IMG/VR virus record: IMGVR_UViG_3300035698_035366
Coordinates: 124,001-188,000 of that record
Strand: one strand, 5' to 3'
DNA length: 64,000 bases
Part shown: in pieces, positions 11,882 to 20,808 of the stretch
Layout of the letters: the number at the start of each line of letters is the position of its first letter
Position numbering within the stretch: the first letter of the stretch is position 1
The notes under the pieces: model-generated
Database searches by the model: none
Seen by the model: only the letters and a program-made list of their open reading frames with translations
What the model was told of the DNA's origin: nothing
Program-made: the position numbers and the translations under genes

Positions 11882-13018
11882 ATGAAACCATTTGATTTAA
11901 CAAAATTTCGTAAAAAAGTAGATGGAAAAATTGAAGGCCTTAGCGTTGGCTTTCATGACCCAAGCACTTGGTTGTCTACTGGTAATTATACGCTCAACTA
12001 TTTGATCAGCAACAATTTCCACCGCGGTATTCCACTAAGCCAAATAACAATGTTGGCAGGTGAATCGGGTTCCGGTAAGAGTTTGATTGCTGCTGGTATC
12101 ATTAGTTATGCACTTGATAACGGTATTTCGGTCGTGGCGTTTGATTCAGAGAATGCATACACTGAAGAATGGTTAACAAAAGCTGGTGTTGATGTTAAAA
12201 AGTATGACAAGGATCTCGGTGGTAATGGTATGCTTATGCGTATCCAGGTTAGTCTTGTTGATACTGTTGCAGAGACAATTTCCAGTTTTATGGAAGATTA
12301 TAAGAGAGAGTATAAAGACGTTGACCGCGATGACCGTCCACCTATGCTCATTGTCGTTGACAGTCTTGGTATGTTATTGACTCGTACTGATATGGATCAA
12401 TTCCAAAAAGGCGACCTTAAAGGTGATATGGGTCGTAAGCCAAAGGCGCTAAATGCTTTGGTAAGAAATTGTGTCGTTCAGTTCGCTGAATATAATGTTG
12501 GAATGTTGGCAACTAACCACACTTATGCATCACAGGACATGTTTGACCCAGATGATAAAATTTCTGGAGGTGGTGGATTTATCTTTGCTTCAAGTATTGT
12601 TATCGCAATGCGAAAATTGAAGCTAAAAGAAGATGAAAGTGGTAACAAAGTAACAGATGTTCGTGGTATACGAGCAGCCGTTAAGGTTGTGAAGTCCCGC
12701 TATAACAAACCATTTGAATCAGTGCAAGTTCGTGTTCCATATGAATCAGGAATTGATCCATACTCTGGTCTTGTTGATTTATTTGAAAAGCAGGAATTGC
12801 TAGAAAAGGTTGGTAATAAATTACAATATGTGGATTTAGAAGGAAATGAACACAAATATTTCCGTAAGTATTTTTTCACAGAAAAAGGCCATGAACTACT
12901 AAATCTTATGATGGCTGAACATGATGCACAAATGAATCTCAAACATGCATCCGGAGAGTTTGAGGTTATGGACGAACTAGAAGGAGAGGAAGGGGACGAC
13001 GATGAATCTATCGAGTGA
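11882..13018 (+). CDS. uvsX: RecA/UvsX recombinase
   Basis: AGESGSGKS Walker A, IVVDSLG Walker B, GDMGRKPK and SGGGGF motifs. Confidence 0.95.
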   Translation: MKPFDLTKFRKKVDGKIEGLSVGFHDPSTWLSTGNYTLNYLISNNFHRGIPLSQITMLAGESGSGKSLIAAGIISYALDNGISVVAFDSENAYTEEWLTKAGVDVKKYDKDLGGNGMLMRIQVSLVDTVAETISSFMEDYKREYKDVDRDDRPPMLIVVDSLGMLLTRTDMDQFQKGDLKGDMGRKPKALNALVRNCVVQFAEYNVGMLATNHTYASQDMFDPDDKISGGGGFIFASSIVIAMRKLKLKEDESGNKVTDVRGIRAAVKVVKSRYNKPFESVQVRVPYESGIDPYSGLVDLFEKQELLEKVGNKLQYVDLEGNEHKYFRKYFFTEKGHELLNLMMAEHDAQMNLKHASGEFEVMDELEGEEGDDDESIE

Positions 13019-13235
13019 TTTCGTAGCTGATTTTTGGGAATCAGTAAAACCATTGGTTACTAAAGAGAACCGTGAAGAATTTGTAGAAAAACTTTATATT
13101 ATTCTTCAGGAGTATGGAACAGACCCAGACGACTTAAAGGCCGCTGGCCATGAGGATGAAATCCTTGACATGGTTTGGGAAAATATGTTTCATGACCCTG
13201 ATGCGGAATTTTTTGAAGACGACGATGAAATATGA
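13002..13235 (+). CDS. Small acidic hypothetical protein
   Basis: 77-aa ORF overlapping the uvsX end, with RBS AGGGGA. Confidence 0.65.
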   Translation: MNLSSDFVADFWESVKPLVTKENREEFVEKLYIILQEYGTDPDDLKAAGHEDEILDMVWENMFHDPDAEFFEDDDEI

Positions 13236-13251
13236 GCGAATTTGAAAATTA

Positions 13252-13740
13252 ATGGACAGATATTACCAAGTTACCTCTGCCAATTCTGATGATCTTTCGG
13301 AGTTAGTGTCAGCTGTTGCTGATATTTTAAGCTATTTCGAAGATGAATATATGGAAGGCAAAATTGATATCCAGATTAAGGGGGCGGTCGAACGGGCCGC
13401 CTCCAAAATCCCTGGTATCACCGAGCATCGATGGTCACAACTCCAAGAATTAGAGGCCATTGTTGTTTATATTGAAACCGTTGTAAAAAAAGCTAAACAG
13501 CGAGCATTCAAGAAATATTTTGAAAATTACAACCGCCAGCTATCGAGTCGCGATGCGCAAATTTATGCAGACGCCGATGATGATGTTTTGAATAAAGCTG
13601 AGGTTTTGAACCAAGTTACCTTCATGCGTAATAAATTTTTAGGAATTTATAAGAGCATCGAAGCGAAGCATTGGCAACTCAACAACATAACAAAGTTGCG
13701 AACATCCGGAATGGACGACGCGTTTATTGATTACGATTGA
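13252..13740 (+). CDS. uvsY: Recombination mediator UvsY-like
   Basis: Helical protein with KKYFENYNRQLSSRDAQIYADAD and K-W-Q-L-N-N-I-T-K-L-R pattern, directly after uvsX. Confidence 0.75.
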   Translation: MDRYYQVTSANSDDLSELVSAVADILSYFEDEYMEGKIDIQIKGAVERAASKIPGITEHRWSQLQELEAIVVYIETVVKKAKQRAFKKYFENYNRQLSSRDAQIYADADDDVLNKAEVLNQVTFMRNKFLGIYKSIEAKHWQLNNITKLRTSGMDDAFIDYD

Positions 13741-13748
13741 TTATATAC

Positions 13749-13777
13749 TTGACTTATCATATTATGCTATGTATAAT
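13749..13777 (+). promoter_or_regulatory. Sigma70-type promoter
   Basis: TTGACT-17 nt-TATAAT. Confidence 0.8.
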
Positions 13778-13803
13778 TAAGTTTAATAGATAGAGGTATA
13801 TCA

Positions 13804-14517
13804 ATGTCGACGCACTTAGAAACCATTGTTGAAGAAGTTGCAGGTATATTCCATCATCTTCAATGGGACCAAGATAAATCCTTGAAAGTTTCACCCGCTG
13901 ATTTCAAATTCATTACTGATATCGCTGGCAAAACGAGTCAAGGTAAGCAAATCTCAACCAAGCAAGCCGAGGTTGCAATTCGTATTTTGCAGAAATATAT
14001 TACTGTACTTCCCACAAGGGACAATTTTCCATGGTCTGAGGAAGAGTTAAGCGCGGCAATTTCTATGCCCATTTATCGTCAACCCCCCTATCAAAGCGTT
14101 CCAGTCCGCCGTGAAGTTCGGTATATTGGTAATCGCAAAATAGCACTTCGGTCGAAATTTTCCCCTCAAGTTACGAAGAGGATACGATCAACAGTTGATA
14201 AAAAATGTATCCGTAATGTTATTGGTCGTTCTAGATATAACCATAACCAATTTGATTTTCCACGTTTTAATAAGAAACACAGACTCTGGGTAATCGAGGT
14301 TACCGAGGGAAACCTAGAAGCTGTAATGAGAACAGTTAAGAAAGCTAATTTTGAGTTCGATGATTCGGTCGTACAATTTCTAACGGATTGTGCAAACACC
14401 GTTGAAAACGAAACCACTATCAGCTCGGTTGATAATGAAATTGAAATTATCGTACAAAACGATGAATTTATGTCTTTGTGGTTAGATGATACCTTTAAGG
14501 AGAAGAAAAGTGTTTGA
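13804..14517 (+). CDS. Hypothetical protein
   Basis: 237-aa ORF with RBS GAGG, after the sigma70 promoter. Confidence 0.6.
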   Translation: MSTHLETIVEEVAGIFHHLQWDQDKSLKVSPADFKFITDIAGKTSQGKQISTKQAEVAIRILQKYITVLPTRDNFPWSEEELSAAISMPIYRQPPYQSVPVRREVRYIGNRKIALRSKFSPQVTKRIRSTVDKKCIRNVIGRSRYNHNQFDFPRFNKKHRLWVIEVTEGNLEAVMRTVKKANFEFDDSVVQFLTDCANTVENETTISSVDNEIEIIVQNDEFMSLWLDDTFKEKKSV

Positions 14518-15445
14518 TCGAGTAAGAATACCGAGAACTCCAAAGAACGCCCGGAAATTGATATATTGGGGGAATGTGAATTATACCACAATTCCTGATG
14601 ATCTTCAGAACCTTGCAATGCAGGATCATGTTTACCATCCAGATCCACAAGTACAAGAAGCCTGGCAGTATCTCATTGACAGAGATAATCGAGCAGTTAT
14701 TATGAACGATGTAGATGATATGCATCGTAATAAGAATCTTGTTTTTGATCACTTCACTAATCAAAAATTATTCCCGATGGTAATTATCGCTACTGAAGAG
14801 TTTGATGAATGGCTTAAAATTGCCAGCAATTTTGCAACTACGCATGAAAAGACAATGCAGATTGTGACAGGTAAGGATAATGCAAGTTCAATCGATGAAA
14901 ATTTAAAAACATCTGTGGTCGAAAACGCTGAAAACGGCCATGACATCTATGTCATAGACACAGTAAAAGATATAAACATTATATTGGACAGTATTTTTCC
15001 AGCAACTTCGATAAAATCATTAATTTATGATGTCACGGAAAAACACAGAGACAAAGGCCAGAGTAATCGGTATACTTTTGGTCTCCGCCAACGATATGAG
15101 TCTAACGACACTCTTCGGGCATTGTTTCTGGAAATCCCAAATGCTGTTATTCTTGCATCATACGAGGATATTTTTTCATTGCATAAAGGAAATAATGGGA
15201 AAAGAATAAACGATGTATCTTTGGATACGGAAGGTTTTGCATTTATTAACCATTTGCTGTATAATGAGAAAATACTACCAAAAGCATTCCCAATTGAACA
15301 TGATAGTATCAAGAAACAATTAAGCGACAGTGGTTATAAACTAACCGACGAAACGTTTTTAGCATACTTTCCTTTAATTGGCATTTCAACCGCCCTTTTA
15401 GGAGACAACCATGGATCAACTGCAAACAATGTCATTCCTGAGTAG
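14510..15445 (+). CDS. Hypothetical protein (possibly a degenerate helicase-like alpha/beta fold)
   Basis: Long ORF with a probable GTG start at 14510 after AGGAG. No intact catalytic motifs were recognised. Confidence 0.5.
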   Translation: MFDRVRIPRTPKNARKLIYWGNVNYTTIPDDLQNLAMQDHVYHPDPQVQEAWQYLIDRDNRAVIMNDVDDMHRNKNLVFDHFTNQKLFPMVIIATEEFDEWLKIASNFATTHEKTMQIVTGKDNASSIDENLKTSVVENAENGHDIYVIDTVKDINIILDSIFPATSIKSLIYDVTEKHRDKGQSNRYTFGLRQRYESNDTLRALFLEIPNAVILASYEDIFSLHKGNNGKRINDVSLDTEGFAFINHLLYNEKILPKAFPIEHDSIKKQLSDSGYKLTDETFLAYFPLIGISTALLGDNHGSTANNVIPE

Positions 15446-16049
15446 AAATAATAAGAACAAACTTGTGACGCTTAGAATAAGCAGGTCAGTTGACCCGTTC
15501 GAACAAAAGAATTTTCGATACATTAATCGCCAACTTCATATGACTGTAGGTGTAACTTCACCTACAAGCAAGCCGGAAGAATGGATTGAAGTTGAATCAT
15601 TCGAAGATGCTGAGCGCCAAGCTGTAAGGCTTATGGTTGATTTGGAGCCAGATTTTGAAATCAATCTCAATTCACGTCGAGCAAGAGATGTTCTTGCGGC
15701 AATGGGAAACCGTGTCGCAACCCTGTCTACTCGAGGCAATGCAACCAATTATATTGTGCATCCCAATCATGAAGAAACGCTTCATAGCCTTCTAAAAAGT
15801 TCTAACCGCGCATCAGTTTATGCAAACAAATATTGTCCAGAAGATAAAATGATGGTAGTTTTCAAAAATGCGCTACCTACAATGGCTATCGACGGGGCTT
15901 TTCATTATCTGTATGACAATGAGAGTGGCAAGCATTGGTTATGCACGGTGAAGGGGAAACCTACTGATATTACCTGGAAGCATTATATTTCTGTTGCTCA
16001 TATCGTTAACGGAACTGATTCCGATGAAGAGGATGAATCTTTTGACTAA
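15411..16049 (+). CDS. Hypothetical protein with a segment resembling the gp23-type capsid protein
   Basis: MGNRVATLSTRGNATNYIVHP resembles the capsid ANxIAxxTRRGxGNxxxxSP motif. RBS AGGAGA. Confidence 0.5.
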   Translation: MDQLQTMSFLSRNNKNKLVTLRISRSVDPFEQKNFRYINRQLHMTVGVTSPTSKPEEWIEVESFEDAERQAVRLMVDLEPDFEINLNSRRARDVLAAMGNRVATLSTRGNATNYIVHPNHEETLHSLLKSSNRASVYANKYCPEDKMMVVFKNALPTMAIDGAFHYLYDNESGKHWLCTVKGKPTDITWKHYISVAHIVNGTDSDEEDESFD

Positions 16050-16425
16050 ACCTAGATTTAAATTCGGCCCAATCCCCGAGGGTTATCACATGATTGACCC
16101 AAACGTTTATCTCCCTATGGATGAAAACGAAACGGTTTGGGAGAGCCTGTTGGGTTTTGAATTTGGTGGTGACGTCCGATGGAAGCTATCGAAGATCCAT
16201 GTCTATGAAAATGGATACAGATTCTCAAAGAGTATAAAGATATTGTATTTCGAGGATGAAGCTGATTTGGTCATGCTTAGGCTTATGCTTGACCGAAACG
16301 AACATAAGTCCGAACGGGTTTTTACTCTAGATGAACACGAGAAGATGAAGAAGATTCGGGATATAGCGATCGCCCGTGGTCGTATTAAGAATGCAAATAA
16401 TCCTGATTCGAATTCTATTTTTTAA
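16033..16425 (+). CDS. Small protein, FxxxxDAxLFKL-motif family (divergent)
   Basis: Contains ILYFEDEADLVMLRLML. Probable ATG at 16033. Confidence 0.55.
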   Translation: MNLLTKPRFKFGPIPEGYHMIDPNVYLPMDENETVWESLLGFEFGGDVRWKLSKIHVYENGYRFSKSIKILYFEDEADLVMLRLMLDRNEHKSERVFTLDEHEKMKKIRDIAIARGRIKNANNPDSNSIF

Positions 16426-16447
16426 AAGTCTGAAGATATAATAAGAA

Positions 16448-16474
16448 AGATGGGCCCGAAAGGGCTTATTTTTT
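16448..16474 (+). terminator. Intrinsic terminator
   Basis: GGGCCC-GAAA-GGGCTT followed by ATTTTTT. Confidence 0.75.
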
Positions 16475-16642
16475 GACTAAAATTCCAAGTAATACCAAAT
16501 AATTATTAAATTGCTGTATCCTAGTAATAAATAAAGTATATTATAAACTACCCTAATTATTGAATTAATTACTTTAAATTTGACAAGAGTAATAGTATTC
16601 GTGTTATTATTTCCTAATAATAAATTAATAAAGGAAATAATA

Positions 16643-17089
16643 ATGAATATAGAATGTAATAAAGTATTTGAATTTAGTTTAGAAAATATACAATTCGCAT
16701 ATCTTAGTCGGGAAGAAGTATTTAATATATTGTCCGATGGTCGAGTATCAAGTCATTTTTTAGAAAAATTACTTGAAAAATGGTTCCCGGAACTTGTACA
16801 TGTTGATAAAAAAGGATATGACCATATAGATTCTTTTAATTTTAAATACGACCAAAAATGTTTCACATTTAATGGTTTGAAGTTTATGCCAAGTAATCAG
16901 ATTGGTCAAGGTAGAAAATTTGATATAGAAAAATCACACATACATGCCCAAGAAATAACTTATATATGCTGTAGTGTATATGATTTGCCAACCGTTCGTG
17001 TTATTTTCAAAAAAGGTCGAGATTTAGTTAGAGATTTCCCTCAATGTCAAATTAAGTTCAATGACCGATCCTATTTGTTTAATAACTAA
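16643..17089 (+). CDS. Putative restriction endonuclease (PD-(D/E)xK-like)
   Basis: DGRVSSHFLE, YDH…YDQK and PSNQIGQGRK motifs; adjacent to an MTase; very AT-rich. ATG 16643 follows AAGGA. Confidence 0.5.
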   Translation: MNIECNKVFEFSLENIQFAYLSREEVFNILSDGRVSSHFLEKLLEKWFPELVHVDKKGYDHIDSFNFKYDQKCFTFNGLKFMPSNQIGQGRKFDIEKSHIHAQEITYICCSVYDLPTVRVIFKKGRDLVRDFPQCQIKFNDRSYLFNN

Positions 17090-17115
17090 ATATACAAAAA
17101 TAAAGGGAGCAATAT

Positions 17116-17919
17116 TTGCATATGACGTCAAGAGATTTAGATCAATTTTATACGAAAGAATCAATTTCTTTGGAATTGTACAATATATCTAAAAACTATA
17201 TTACCGATTTTAATGATTACGATATTATATTGGAACCGTCGGCCGGATCAGGATCTTTTTTCAAATTATTTCCTGAAAAACAAAGACTTGGTTTAGATAT
17301 CGAGCCAAAATTCAACGATATAGTTAAACAAGATTTCTTTGAGTTTAAACCAAATCCATTTTTAAGTTATATAACAATTGGAAATCCTCCATTTGGTAAA
17401 AATGCAAGTTTAGCAATTAAATTTTTTAATAAATGTTCTGAATTTTCTAATTATATATGTTTTGTGGTCCCTAAAACATTTCGTAAAGTTTCGTTACATA
17501 ATAAATTAAGTTTAAACATGCATCTTATATATGATAAGGAATTGCCGGAGAATTCATTTATATTTAATGATAATCCATATAATGTACCATGCTGTTTCCA
17601 AATTTGGCAGAAAGCTACAACGAAACGGAAAATTATCCCCCCTATTTCTTATCATACCGATTTTGAGAGGGTTGATGATGTTTCCCTAGCAGATTTTATT
17701 TTTCAGCGCGTTGGCGCGCGCGCTGGAACATTAAAAACAGACAATCTTCTAAAATGGGGGAAAACTAGTCATTATTATATCCGCTCAAAGATTGATAAAC
17801 AACTTATTATTTCTAGATTCAACGAATTAAACTTCGATGAAGTTAAATATAATACTGCTGGAAATCCAAGCATCTCATATTCTGAAATCATACGTTTATA
17901 TACAGATAGATATACTTAA
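17116..17919 (+). CDS. DNA adenine (amino) methyltransferase
   Basis: DQFYT, motif I EPSAGSGSF, motif IV GNPPFG. Confidence 0.9.
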   Translation: MHMTSRDLDQFYTKESISLELYNISKNYITDFNDYDIILEPSAGSGSFFKLFPEKQRLGLDIEPKFNDIVKQDFFEFKPNPFLSYITIGNPPFGKNASLAIKFFNKCSEFSNYICFVVPKTFRKVSLHNKLSLNMHLIYDKELPENSFIFNDNPYNVPCCFQIWQKATTKRKIIPPISYHTDFERVDDVSLADFIFQRVGARAGTLKTDNLLKWGKTSHYYIRSKIDKQLIISRFNELNFDEVKYNTAGNPSISYSEIIRLYTDRYT

Positions 17920-18033
17920 ATTATTAATCAGCGCAGGTAATACCAAGTACTCGTTAAATTATATTGAAACCATTACTTGTTTTATACTATAGTAAATATA
18001 GTAATAATAATAACAAGGCTAATAAACAAAGTA

Positions 18034-19062
18034 ATGGCAAAAGACCAATGCACACTAGTAATTGAAGATGAAGTCAACATTAAGTTCAACAATTTAGATC
18101 CAGCAACAAGGCGGAAAGTTGTAACAGAACTAAAATTCTTTGTCCCTTATGCACGTCACACACCAAGCTTCAAGCTTGGTAGATGGGATGGCACTATAAG
18201 CTTAGCCACAACAGGTGGTCGTACTTTCTTCAACCTTCTTGACCGTGTCCTTCCCATAATTATGGATGAAGGTTATGAAATTAAAATTGAGGATCAGCGG
18301 GCTAGTCTTGAACTAGAATTTCCAAAGGCAACGGTTGATATGTTCTCCGATACATTATGGCCAAAAGGTCATATGAATGAGGGAGAACCAATCATTCTAC
18401 GGGATTACCAAGCAGATGTTATTGATGCGTTCTTGCGCAACCCACAGAGTTTACAAGAGATTGCCACCGGCTCCGGTAAGACGATCATAACGGCGGCTCT
18501 TTCAAAACTTTGTGAACCATATGGAAGAACAATTGTTGTTGTCCCAAATAAGGATCTAGTCACACAGACAGAAGCTGATTATATCAACCTTGGACTTGAT
18601 GTTGGTGTATTTTTTGGTGACAGAAAAGAATGGAATAAAACTCATACTATTTGTACATGGCAATCATTGTCGGTTCTTGATAAAAAATCTAAAAATAAAT
18701 TGGCCCTAACCGATGAAGAACTAAACGATTTCCTCAACAATGTTCAAACTATTATTGTTGATGAATGTTTTCACGGGGATTCGTTGGTATTAACCCCAAA
18801 TGGATATATACCTATAAAAGATATTAAATCGGGAGATATTGTTGTTAATTATGATGAAAAAGAGAAATTATTCAAAAACGATGTTGTTAAACAAATATAT
18901 GAAAATTTAACAAATTCATCTAAGGAAGAAATGCTTGAACTTGTATTTGATAATGGTAAAATAATTAAAGTTACAGCTAATCACAAATTCCTAACAAATA
19001 AAGGCTGGATTAGGGCCGATGAATTAAATGAACATCTAACCATTATTGACATAAATACATAA
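18034..19062 (+). CDS. uvsW: UvsW-like SF2 helicase N-terminal half fused to split-intein N fragment
   Basis: LRDYQ Q-motif and IATGSGKT Walker A. The protein ends IIVDE followed by CFHGD…TANH…, an intein N domain. Confidence 0.9.
   Translation: MAKDQCTLVIEDEVNIKFNNLDPATRRKVVTELKFFVPYARHTPSFKLGRWDGTISLATTGGRTFFNLLDRVLPIIMDEGYEIKIEDQRASLELEFPKATVDMFSDTLWPKGHMNEGEPIILRDYQADVIDAFLRNPQSLQEIATGSGKTIITAALSKLCEPYGRTIVVVPNKDLVTQTEADYINLGLDVGVFFGDRKEWNKTHTICTWQSLSVLDKKSKNKLALTDEELNDFLNNVQTIIVDECFHGDSLVLTPNGYIPIKDIKSGDIVVNYDEKEKLFKNDVVKQIYENLTNSSKEEMLELVFDNGKIIKVTANHKFLTNKGWIRADELNEHLTIIDINT
18766..19059 (+). mobile_element. Split intein N fragment (IntN, 98 aa)
   Basis: Block A CFHGDSLVLTPNG…IKDIKSGD and block B IKVTANHKF, then TAA at 19060-19062. 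Confidence 0.9.
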
Positions 19063-19081
19063 AGCTAAAGGAGATGTATTT

Positions 19082-19975
19082 ATGCCAAAAAAATTTAATA
19101 TAATCAGATTTAATCAATTATTAATGAAACATAATCAAATATTACAAGCCAAATATATCAACAAACAAATAATGCTTACTAATGGAGTTGAGATTATCAC
19201 AATTCCGGAAGTTAGAAAATGTAAACGTCGGGTAATGAATGAATCTATTGAATATATTACCAGATTTGATTTAATATATTCCGGTAATGAAAATTTAGCT
19301 AAAAACGCATTACATGAAGCAAAATCTAAATCAGCATCTGTTGGTGGTAAGAAATGTCAAGAAAAGCATGGTGATTTAATAAAGAAAAATCTTAACACTG
19401 GCATACCTTGGAACAAAGATACTCAAGGTAATTATCCATATTCATTTCCATGTACCAAACAAACCAGAGAAAAAATAAGTAAAGCTAATTCAGGAAAACA
19501 TAATGGAATGTATGGTAAGAAAATGTCAGAATTTGATAAGAGTTATCGAAGCGAACTAATGAAAAATAAAATCAAAAATGGTGAATTTACACCTAATAGT
19601 AATAATAGAAATACTCATTGGGATTCGCATTATGATGGTAATAAATATAGAAGCTCATGGGAAGCACTTTATCATGCTAGTGATCAGGCGGCAGAATATG
19701 AAACTCTTCGAATACCATACAATATAAATGGTGTTGAGCGAATTTATATAGTTGATTTTGTAAATCATTCTACTAAAAAGGCAATCGAAGTAAAACCAAA
19801 ATCACAATTACAAAATTGCTATGAGAAAATAGAAGCATTAAAAGAATGGTGTTATAATAATAATTATGAAATGATAATAGCTGATGAAGATTATCTTCAA
19901 AAAATAGATAAAACAAAAATTAATTTTTCGTTGTTTGATGAAAAAACATTAACTAAAATTGGTAATATTAGATGA
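19082..19975 (+). CDS. Free-standing homing endonuclease (NUMOD3-like DNA-binding segment + TnsA/gp4-like nuclease domain)
   Basis: TREKISKANSGKHNGMYGKK, then YRSSWEA…IPY…YIVDF…IEVKP. Own RBS AAAGGAG; different frame from the two intein halves. Confidence 0.8.
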   Translation: MPKKFNIIRFNQLLMKHNQILQAKYINKQIMLTNGVEIITIPEVRKCKRRVMNESIEYITRFDLIYSGNENLAKNALHEAKSKSASVGGKKCQEKHGDLIKKNLNTGIPWNKDTQGNYPYSFPCTKQTREKISKANSGKHNGMYGKKMSEFDKSYRSELMKNKIKNGEFTPNSNNRNTHWDSHYDGNKYRSSWEALYHASDQAAEYETLRIPYNINGVERIYIVDFVNHSTKKAIEVKPKSQLQNCYEKIEALKEWCYNNNYEMIIADEDYLQKIDKTKINFSLFDEKTLTKIGNIR

Positions 19976-20076
19976 AATTAGTTTCTACAAAAATTATTGA
20001 AAAACCAGAAACCGTATATAATTTAGAAATCGAAAATGATCATAATTATATTGTTGAAGGAGCAGTTGTTTCAAAT
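19972..20076 (+). mobile_element. Split intein C fragment (IntC, 35 aa)
   Basis: Block F VYNLEI…HNY and block G VSN followed by +1 Cys (20077-20079). Confidence 0.9.
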
Positions 20077-20808
20077 TGTCACATGGCAAAGGCTGATGTT
20101 CTAAAAGGTCTTCTAACATCTGCATTCAAGGATTGTCCAATTCGTTGGGGGTTAACCGGGACCATTCCAAAAGAAGATCACGAATTCCTTTCAATTCTTT
20201 CAAGTATTGGCCCAGTCGTTGGAAGCCTAGCAGCAAAAGATCTTCAAGACATGGGTGTTCTTTCAAACTGTCATGTTGAGATTTGTCAACTTCAAGATCA
20301 GCAAGTATTTGGTGATTATCATTCAGAGCAAAAATTCTTATCAGAAAACCCCAACCGTTTAGATTGGGTCTCAAAATTTGTTGAAAATATTTCTAAAGAT
20401 GGCAATTCTTTAATTCTTGTAAATAAGATAGCGACGGGTGAAGCGTTACAAGCAGCAATTCCAGATTCAGTGTTTATATCAGGCAAAGTCAAAAGCGTTG
20501 ATCGAAAAGACGAGTATGATGCAGTATCGTTGGAAGATGGTAAAGTAATCATTGCAACTTATGGAGTTGCAGCCGTTGGAATTAACATACCGCGTATCTT
20601 TAATTTGTTCTTGTTTGAGCCTGGCAAATCCTTTGTCCGGGTTATTCAAAGCATTGGTCGCGGACTACGTAAAGCAAAAGATAAGGATTATGTTCAAATT
20701 TATGATATAACATCTAGTTGTAAATTCAGTAAGAGACATTTAACAGCTAGAAAACGTTTTTATAAAGATGCTGGGTACCCTTTTCGTGTAACCAAAGTTA
20801 AAATATGA
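19972..20808 (+). CDS. uvsW: Split-intein C fragment fused to UvsW-like helicase C-terminal half
   Basis: MKLVS…VYNLEIENDHNYIVEGAVVSN|CH, then WGLTGT (motif III), IATYGVAAVGINIP (V) and QSIGRGLR (VI). Confidence 0.9.
   Translation: MKLVSTKIIEKPETVYNLEIENDHNYIVEGAVVSNCHMAKADVLKGLLTSAFKDCPIRWGLTGTIPKEDHEFLSILSSIGPVVGSLAAKDLQDMGVLSNCHVEICQLQDQQVFGDYHSEQKFLSENPNRLDWVSKFVENISKDGNSLILVNKIATGEALQAAIPDSVFISGKVKSVDRKDEYDAVSLEDGKVIIATYGVAAVGINIPRIFNLFLFEPGKSFVRVIQSIGRGLRKAKDKDYVQIYDITSSCKFSKRHLTARKRFYKDAGYPFRVTKVKI

Larger units (their letters stand above)
16489..17960 (+). repeat. Imperfect 24-bp direct repeat pair flanking the endonuclease/MTase cassette (16489-16512 and 17937-17960)
   Basis: GTAATACCAAataattatTAAATT vs GTAATACCAAgtactcgtTAAATT, 20/24 identical. 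Confidence 0.55.

Noticed and set aside
19060-19975. Group I intron or sequencing frameshifts as the explanation for the helicase split
   Set aside because: Only 19 nt separate the IntN stop from the endonuclease ATG and the other end is an ATGA overlap, leaving no room for a ribozyme core. A clean stop, RBS and second start argue against two independent errors.
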